Source of the DNA: Promethearchaeota archaeon
Lineage (GTDB): Archaea; Asgardarchaeota; Lokiarchaeia; Sigyniarchaeales; SOKP01
Assembly (NCBI GenBank): GCA_018238625.1
Contig: JABCSY010000124.1
Coordinates: 1 to 10,602, forward strand
DNA length: 10,602 nucleotides
Direction of reading: 5' to 3'
The position numbers were made by a program, and so were the translations under genes. The notes beneath the pieces are model-generated. The model made no database searches. It was not told the origin of the DNA and saw nothing but the letters and a program-made list of their open reading frames with translations. Positions 1 through 6,322 of this stretch are shown piece after piece (position 1 is the stretch's first letter; each line of letters starts with the position of its first letter).

Positions 1-1128
1 CTCCATTAAGTCAATAAATTTATCAAATAGATACAGCGAATCTAGGGGGCCTGGAGAGGCTTCAGGGTGAAATTGAACGGCAAAAATTGGTTTACTATCG
101 TGAATTATACCCTCATTTGATTCATCATCAATGTTAGTAAGAAATTCGCTAAAACCTCCCTTTTCAAAGTCTTTCACGCAAAACCCATGATTTTGAGATG
201 TAATATAACATTGCTTAGTTATTGGATTAATAACGGTTTTGTTTCCACCTCTATGACCGTATTTTAACTTATAAGAATATCCGCCAGCAGCTATTCCAAT
301 TATTTGATTCCCCAAGCATATGCCCATTGTTGGAATTTTATTTTTGATTAAATTACGGGCTACTTCAATTGTTTTCTTGCACATAGCGGGATCTCCCGGC
401 CCGTTGGATATGAATACGCCATTTGGTTTATAGCTCATAATTTGATCGTAAGAATAGTTATATTGTAATAAAATTACTTCTATTTTCCTTTTAACTAAAT
501 TTCTAAGAATATTATGTTTAACTCCCAAATCAATTACAGTTACCTTGCCTTTCGGATTAGTAGGGGTAAATTCCTTTACTTCATTAGTCGAAACTTCGCT
601 GGCTAAATGTCTAAGGTTAGGATCGGCCACATTTTTAGCTTTCTCTTTTAACTCATCAATGTTAGGTTTTTCACCCGGATTGAACACCGCAAGTAATCCA
701 ACTTGAACCCCTTCTTCTCTTAAGATTTTAGTTATCGCTCTAGTATCTATCCATTCTATTCCGGGAACATCTTCCTCTAAAAGAAATTCGTTCAAGGTCT
801 TTACGCTTTCGTAATGGCTCGGATTTTTACAGCACTCGTTTACAACGAATCCACTTACCTTAATTGAATCAGATTCAAAAAATTTGTTAATACCATATTC
901 ATCTTTTTCCCAGGCTGGAACGCCGTAATTTCCAACAAGTGGGTGGGTCATGACAACGATTTGTCCTTTATAAGAGGGGTCTGTTAAAGTCTCGTTATAG
1001 CCCGCCCCTGTTATCGTATTAAATACAAGCTCGCCATAAATTGTTTTTGTCGCACCAAACCCAATTCCTTGAAAATATCGACCATCTTTAAGCATTAAAA
1101 TTGCGGGTCTTTCTTTCTTATAGAGCAT
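1..1128 (-). CDS. carA: Carbamoyl-phosphate synthase small (glutaminase) subunit, 3'-partial (stop lies beyond the window edge)
   Basis: Not in the ORF track; segments translated by hand from ATG at 1128: MLYKKERPAILMLKDGRYFQGIGFGATKTIYGELVFNTITGAGYNETLTDPSYKGQ..., FISNGPGDP, PTMGICLGNQ (catalytic Cys), TSQNHGF, AVQFHPEASPGPLDSLYLFDKFIDLME (His-Glu of the triad). These are hallmark CarA motifs, in frame to position 1. Confidence 0.97.
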   Translation of the reverse strand, partial: MLYKKERPAILMLKDGRYFQGIGFGATKTIYGELVFNTITGAGYNETLTDPSYKGQIVVMTHPLVGNYGVPAWEKDEYGINKFFESDSIKVSGFVVNECCKNPSHYESVKTLNEFLLEEDVPGIEWIDTRAITKILREEGVQVGLLAVFNPGEKPNIDELKEKAKNVADPNLRHLASEVSTNEVKEFTPTNPKGKVTVIDLGVKHNILRNLVKRKIEVILLQYNYSYDQIMSYKPNGVFISNGPGDPAMCKKTIEVARNLIKNKIPTMGICLGNQIIGIAAGGYSYKLKYGHRGGNKTVINPITKQCYITSQNHGFCVKDFEKGGFSEFLTNIDDESNEGIIHDSKPIFAVQFHPEASPGPLDSLYLFDKFIDLME

Positions 1129-1342
1129 TTGTATAAATATATTCTTCTTATTTTTTATCCTTAAATTAAAAATAACTATTAATTTCTTTTAAGAATATTT
1201 ATTAAGTCGTTGAATAAAGACTGTTTGGTAAATAATTAATAACTTTTTTTCGCTTCTAGGTTAAGGCAAAAATGTTTTTTAAAAAACTGGCTTTTAGAGG
1301 AGATATTTATAGAAATTTAATTGATTGTACAAGAAAAATTAA

Positions 1343-1534
1343 TTAGACATTAGGATGATATTTTTCATAAATTCTTTGAAGAGTTTTTAAATGGCGTGGG
1401 TTATCAGAATGAATACGCCATATACATAATTCGCATTCGTAATAAGGTAAGTGTTTTTTTGATATTTGTGCTTTTACGCATGGTTGGCTGTTTCTTATAA
1501 GGTAACAATAATCAATTGGTTTCTTTTCTGCCAT
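1343..1534 (-). CDS. Small hypothetical protein (63 aa), putative Cys4 metal-binding
   Basis: ATG lies 6 nt after the pyrG stop on the same strand and the ORF fills an otherwise empty gap. It has C10-x8-C19-x14-C34-x2-C37 plus His residues. No family recognised. Confidence 0.7.
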   Translation of the reverse strand: MAEKKPIDYCYLIRNSQPCVKAQISKKHLPYYECELCIWRIHSDNPRHLKTLQRIYEKYHPNV

Positions 1535-1540
1535 TATGCG

Positions 1541-3226
1541 CTAACTTTTTCCAACTTTTTTAGCAATACAAGCTTTTATAAAATCAAAATATAACTTACT
1601 AGGAGCGTATGGTCTCGATTTAAATTCGGGATGAAATTGAGTTCCAACCATCCAATGGTCGTCTCGATTTAATTCAATGCTATTTATTATTTTCCCGGTT
1701 TCATCCCTACTTGATACAATCATTCCTTTTTGTTTAGCTTCTTCTGTAATAAATCTTTCTTGGATGTGATATCTGTGTCTAAACCTTTCTTTAATTTCTT
1801 TTTGGTTATAGGCGTTAAAGAGTTTAGTATTTTTCTCAACAATTATTTTATGAGCACCTAATCTCATACTTCCTCCTTTCTCAGTCACATTTTTCTGGCT
1901 TTGTAGAAGATCCACTACAGGATAGGGAGTATCAGGGTTGATTTCTGATGAATTTGCGTCTTTCAATCCCAAATATTTTCTACAAAAGGCAGCAAAGAAT
2001 AATTGCGCCCCAAAACAGATCCCTAGAAATGGAACTTTGTCTTCCATAGCATATTCAGCCGATTTAATCATCCCTTCAACAGCCCTCTCGCCAAAACCAG
2101 GAGTTAATAGTATTCCATCGCAATCTCTTAATAATTCTTCAATATTAGTGTCTTCGGAAATATTAATCATTTTCAATTCAGCCCTATATCCTTGGTGAGC
2201 CGCTGCGTGTTCTAAGGCGTCGTTAATGGAAATATACGAATCAGATATGTTAAAATATTTGCCAGGCATCGCAATTCTTACCGTTTTACTAGCGTTTTTG
2301 TATAATTCTACCATTTTTACCCATTCAGAATAAACTGGTTTCGAAACCAGTTTTGCTTTTAAATCTATAAGTTCACAAAGAAAGTCTCCTAATCCTTGTT
2401 CTTCAAATAATAGAGGTAATTCGTATACGACATCTAAATCGGGATTTGAGATTACTGCGGCTTCTGAAATGTTTGAGTAAAGGGAGATTTTCGATTTTAT
2501 ATCGTCAGCTAAAGGTTTTTCGCTCCGACCTATAATAATATCTGGTTGTAACCCAACGCTTTGAAGCATTCTAACAGAATGTTGCGTTGGTTTTGATTTT
2601 TGTTGACCAACTGCTCGAGAATAAGGAACAAGCGTTACGTGAACTAAAGCCGTGCGATGAACATTTTCCAATTTGATCTGCCGGAATGTTTCTAAAAAAA
2701 TGCTTGATTCTAAATCGCCTACAGTTCCTCCACATTCAATTAATAACACATCTAAATTCTCACTTTCTGAAATTTCCATTAATCTTTTCTTTATAATATT
2801 AGTCACGTGAGGAATTAATTGTACTGTTTTTCCTAAGAATTTACCTTTTCTTTCTCTTAAGATAGTTGATAAATAAATCTGGCCAGAAGTTATATTATGT
2901 GAAGGATGCATCTCGATACCTAAAAATCTGCTGTAAGTCCCGAAGTCCTGGTCTATCTCAGAAATTTTATAACATCTTTCGTCTGACCCTGGCACGGGTG
3001 TAAAGTCCCATACATCTTCTGTGATGAAACATTCGCCGTGTTCAATTGGATTAAGCGTTCCTGGATCAACATTTAGGTAAGGATCGATCTTAACTGCCGA
3101 AACAGTGAACCCCCGAAATTGGAGCACCTTTCCTATACTAGCGGTAACAACTCCCTTACCTATACCAGACATTACACCTCCCGTAATGAATATAAATCGT
3201 ATGTTACGCTCATTGACATCTGTCAA
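1541..3226 (-). CDS. pyrG: CTP synthase (glutamine-hydrolysing), divergent
   Basis: FITGGVMSGIGKG, KIDPYLNVDPGT, GKTVQLIPHVT, IECGGTVGDLES, KSKPTQHSV, GICFGAQ (catalytic Cys), GGSMRLG, RHRY, QFHPEFKSRP; 561 aa; TTG start preceded by AGGAGATGTGA (SD-like). Confidence 0.97.
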   Translation of the reverse strand: MTDVNERNIRFIFITGGVMSGIGKGVVTASIGKVLQFRGFTVSAVKIDPYLNVDPGTLNPIEHGECFITEDVWDFTPVPGSDERCYKISEIDQDFGTYSRFLGIEMHPSHNITSGQIYLSTILRERKGKFLGKTVQLIPHVTNIIKKRLMEISESENLDVLLIECGGTVGDLESSIFLETFRQIKLENVHRTALVHVTLVPYSRAVGQQKSKPTQHSVRMLQSVGLQPDIIIGRSEKPLADDIKSKISLYSNISEAAVISNPDLDVVYELPLLFEEQGLGDFLCELIDLKAKLVSKPVYSEWVKMVELYKNASKTVRIAMPGKYFNISDSYISINDALEHAAAHQGYRAELKMINISEDTNIEELLRDCDGILLTPGFGERAVEGMIKSAEYAMEDKVPFLGICFGAQLFFAAFCRKYLGLKDANSSEINPDTPYPVVDLLQSQKNVTEKGGSMRLGAHKIIVEKNTKLFNAYNQKEIKERFRHRYHIQERFITEEAKQKGMIVSSRDETGKIINSIELNRDDHWMVGTQFHPEFKSRPYAPSKLYFDFIKACIAKKVGKS

Positions 3227-3349
3227 TTCTATATTTCACATCTCCTAGTTTTATAATACTTATTAATTGGTCTTTATAAAAATATTTAATAGCAAACACA
3301 TTTAATAAGAATTTCGAGATTATTAAAAATTAAATTGAGTTGTTTATAT

Positions 3350-4870
3350 TTAGGTTATAAAAAGACTTCTTGATGAAAAATTTGGGTCTGATGTAATATT
3401 AAGCCCTAACCTTCTCAAACCAGCTTCGTCTCCGGGAGTGGGTATGTGAGTCGAATGCATTTCGCAACCATAAAGATCCTTAAGCTTTTCTATTGCAACT
3501 TTAGCAGAAGGATTGAAATCGGCGCTTATACTTAAGGCTATAAGAGTCTCTCCAAGATTAAGACTCAATCGTTTGTTATTAAAAATTTCTGATTTTAAAT
3601 AACTTATAGACTTTAGAATGTTAGGAGATAAAAGATGAATGTTTTTAGGGATACCGGCTAATTCTTTGATCGTATTTAATAGTAAACTGGAAGCGGCATG
3701 CATCAGTGGAGAATTTTTACCAGTTATTATTTTTCCATTCCTCAATTGTAATGCGGCTCCGGCAAATACGCCCTCGTTTCCTTTACCTTTTTTTTGGGCA
3801 ACTATGGACGCTTGACGAGCCTCTTTTACCACTTCTCGATCAATTACTGTGAGATTCAATTCTTTCATCAACAATTCCGCTTTCTGCACAGTTTTCTTTT
3901 CGGCAACCCCCATTGCATATTCACAACTATATCGAAGAAATCTCCGGATCAATTCCTGTTTTGCTGCTTGCTGCACCAGGTCATCGTTAATTATAGCAAA
4001 ACCGGCTTTATTTACACCCATATCCGTAGGAGATTTATATACTAATTTATTGCCCATAATCCTCAGCATAATTTTCTTGACTACTGGAAAAACTTCAACA
4101 TCTCTGTTATAATTTATTGCGGTAATATTATAAGATTCAAGATGAAATGGATCCACTTGATTAAAATCCCCAATGTCAGCAGTCGCCGATTCGTATGCCA
4201 TATTTACAGGATGTTTTAGCGGTAAGTTCCAAATTGGAAAGGTCTCAAATTTGGCATAACCCACATCTACCCCCCTTATATGCTCGTGATACATTTGAGA
4301 AAGACAAGTCGCCAATTTCCCACTACCTGGTCCGGGTGCAGTAACAATGATTATAGGCTTAGATGTTTCAATATAATCGTTTGAACCATACCCCTCTTTA
4401 CTTATAATTAAATCAATGTTGGTCGGATAACCTCTAATTAGTTGATGTGTAACTACTTTTATGTCACGACGTTCTAGTTTATTCATGAATTGTTTTACTA
4501 CTTGTTGACCGTTATAACGCGTCACAACCACAGCACATATGTTAATTCCCCCATCTCGAAGATCGTCGATTAATTTTAGTGCATTATTGTCATATGTTAT
4601 GCCAAAATCTGCGCGAATCTTCCTCCTTTCTATATCTCCAGAATAAATACAAATGATAACCTCAATTTTATCTTTAAGAGCCTTTAAAAGCTTCATTTTC
4701 ACATTTGGGTCAAACCCTGGAAGAACTCGCGAAGCATGGTAATCATAAACCAGCTTTCCGCCGAATTCAAGATATAATTTATTTCCAAATTGAGCGGCTC
4801 GATCCAAGATGCTCTTAGATTGTTCTTTTAGATACTTTTCGTTATCAAAACCAATTTTATCAATAGTCAT
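3350..4870 (-). CDS. DUF1846 / UPF0371 family protein (P-loop-containing, function unknown)
   Basis: Family-typical GFDNEKYL..Q, KLYLEFGGKL..DYHASRVLPGF, RADFGITYD, Walker-A-like TAPGPGSGKLATCLSQ, GYAKFETFPIWNLPLKHPVN.AYE, INYNRDVE.FP, YKSPTDMGVN; 506 aa. Confidence 0.92.
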   Translation of the reverse strand: MTIDKIGFDNEKYLKEQSKSILDRAAQFGNKLYLEFGGKLVYDYHASRVLPGFDPNVKMKLLKALKDKIEVIICIYSGDIERRKIRADFGITYDNNALKLIDDLRDGGINICAVVVTRYNGQQVVKQFMNKLERRDIKVVTHQLIRGYPTNIDLIISKEGYGSNDYIETSKPIIIVTAPGPGSGKLATCLSQMYHEHIRGVDVGYAKFETFPIWNLPLKHPVNMAYESATADIGDFNQVDPFHLESYNITAINYNRDVEVFPVVKKIMLRIMGNKLVYKSPTDMGVNKAGFAIINDDLVQQAAKQELIRRFLRYSCEYAMGVAEKKTVQKAELLMKELNLTVIDREVVKEARQASIVAQKKGKGNEGVFAGAALQLRNGKIITGKNSPLMHAASSLLLNTIKELAGIPKNIHLLSPNILKSISYLKSEIFNNKRLSLNLGETLIALSISADFNPSAKVAIEKLKDLYGCEMHSTHIPTPGDEAGLRRLGLNITSDPNFSSRSLFIT

Positions 4871-4915
4871 AGTCCAAATCTAACTTAGTTAAAACAATTA
4901 TTTTTACTTAAATTA

Positions 4916-5737
4916 CTATTTTCCTTTAAAAGTGGGGTCTCGTTTCTGAATTAACGCTTTCAACGATTCTCTAAAGTCGCGGGTTTTTAAAAGAGTTCTT
5001 AAAGCTTCGTTTTCAAGGTCTAGCGTTTTTGAAAAAATGTCTTTAAAATAATCGTGGATAGTTTTTTTCATTAATTTTAAAGATAAAGACGGACCTTTAG
5101 GAGGAATAAGTTTTAACGCTTGTTCTCTAACAAATGGCATCAATTCTTCTTTTGGTAAAACTTTATTTACAAGGCCAAGCTCGTAGGCTTCTTGAGCAGT
5201 TATCTTTTTACCAAAATAAAGCAATTCTTTGGTTTTCTGAAAGCCAATGTAAAAAGGAAGTAAAAAATCGGCGCCAAATTCCGCTATAACCGCGCGTCTT
5301 ATAAAATAAAAACCAATCCAAGCATCTTCAGACATATAAATTAAATCAGCCCCTAATAATGGCATAGTAAAACCCGCACCTACCGCCAATCCGTTTATAG
5401 CAGCAATTACCGGTTTAGAAAAATTCCAAAATTTCATTGACAATCTTTTAATCGCGATGTCTGTTAAATCAATTTCTTCCAATATTTCTTTGGGAATTGA
5501 ACCTATCATATTCATATTGAAATAACCTCCTGACGAAAACGCGTTAGCTTCTTCGCAGCCAGTAATAATTAAAACTTTAGCATTTTTATCCTCTTCCATA
5601 TCTGCTAACACCGTCTCAATTTCTAAAAAGGTTACAAATGACATTGCATTTTTCCTTTTGGGTTGGTTAATTGTAACGGTACAGATTCCATTTTCTTCCT
5701 TTTTATAGATTATATCTTGAATATCTTCGATTTTCAT
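4916..5737 (-). CDS. Enoyl-CoA hydratase/isomerase (crotonase) family protein, probably an isomerase-type member
   Basis: TINQPKRKNAM, AFSSGG oxyanion loop, KPVIAAINGLAVGAG, ITAQEAYELGLVN, C-terminal KRDPTFKGK; 273 aa. Confidence 0.93.
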   Translation of the reverse strand: MKIEDIQDIIYKKEENGICTVTINQPKRKNAMSFVTFLEIETVLADMEEDKNAKVLIITGCEEANAFSSGGYFNMNMIGSIPKEILEEIDLTDIAIKRLSMKFWNFSKPVIAAINGLAVGAGFTMPLLGADLIYMSEDAWIGFYFIRRAVIAEFGADFLLPFYIGFQKTKELLYFGKKITAQEAYELGLVNKVLPKEELMPFVREQALKLIPPKGPSLSLKLMKKTIHDYFKDIFSKTLDLENEALRTLLKTRDFRESLKALIQKRDPTFKGK

Positions 5738-5782
5738 TTAAAATTCTCAAAATTATTTATTTGAATAAACTAATAATATATA

Positions 5783-5807
5783 GAGTTAGATTTTTTCATT
5801 TATAATT
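5783..5807 (-). promoter_or_regulatory. Candidate promoter of the crotonase gene: TATA-like AATTATAAAT followed by TCTAACTC
   Basis: Minus strand reads AATTATAAAT-N7-TCTAACTC about 45-70 nt upstream of ATG 5737. The same arrangement (N6) occurs at 9561-9584. Confidence 0.45.
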
Positions 5808-5853
5808 GTTTACAACTTGATTTTAGAAGTAGTCTAAGTTTAATTATAGCCAA

Positions 5854-5878
5854 AAGAAAAAAAAGAAGAGAAAAATAA
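5854..5878. repeat. Direct repeat, copy 1 (AAAAAAAGAAGAGAAAAATAA); pyrimidine-rich terminator-like tract on the minus strand
   Basis: 5858-5878 is identical to 8222-8242 (21 bp) and extends by AAG with a one-A indel. Low complexity. Confidence 0.6.
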
Positions 5879-6227
5879 ATAAAATTATTTTTTTTCTCGA
5901 ATTTCTTAAAAAGATTACTTTGATAAATAGGTGATGTAGACGCTGCAAATAGCGATAAAAGCTAATAAAAATATTATTTTATCATATTTTCGTAGACTTT
6001 TTTAATTTTATGACTTAGAGATTAGTAAGCTTCTTGATGAGTTCTGACTTGGTTTTTTGTATGGGAATTTAACCTAATTTGTTGTAAACTATAAAAACGA
6101 AGATAAAGCGTTTATAACGATGAGAAAGGAAATAAAAACACCTCTATAAATCTAAAGGGGTTTAAATGATAAGTAAAACATATCAGATATTCTGGTAATT
6201 ATTTTGTAAAAATTTGGTCTTAATGAG

Positions 6228-6235
6228 TTTATATA
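6228..6235 (+). promoter_or_regulatory. Archaeal TATA box of the surface-protein gene
   Basis: TTTATATA matches the archaeal consensus and lies about 90 nt upstream of ATG 6323. The background is AT-rich and the BRE is not obvious. Confidence 0.5.
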
Positions 6236-6264
6236 TGTAGGAATAATAACAAAATTTGAAATTC

Positions 6265-6291
6265 ACATTTTTGTACATCATACAAAAATGT
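6265..6291. promoter_or_regulatory. Perfect 11-bp inverted repeat (candidate operator or 5'-UTR hairpin)
   Basis: ACATTTTTGTA-CATCA-TACAAAAATGT, between the TATA box and the start codon. Confidence 0.65.
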
Positions 6292-6322
6292 ACTTTAATG
6301 ATATGAATTTTTAAAAAATTGG

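Noticed and set aside
985-1030. CarA FNTITGAGYNE versus the usual FNTxMTGYQE (one extra residue)
   Set aside because: A minor variant with the catalytic triad intact; not enough to infer a changed function.
1274-1287. Perfect palindrome GTTTTTTAAAAAAC upstream of carA
   Set aside because: Made of homopolymer runs in very AT-rich DNA. It may be a terminator T-tract but is not supportable as an operator or attenuator.
1938-2198. Plus-strand 86-aa ORF
   Set aside because: Lies wholly antisense within pyrG and has no recognisable motif; shadow ORF.
3794-4112. Two plus-strand ORFs (83 and 87 aa)
   Set aside because: Antisense to the conserved DUF1846 gene with non-ATG starts; shadow ORFs.
5929-5975. 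GTGA...AAA...GA with a CGCT/AGCG mini-hairpin as a eukaryote-like SECIS element
   Set aside because: Only 4-5 bp pair, the long helix above the GA quartet cannot form, and no gene with an internal in-frame TGA lies upstream.
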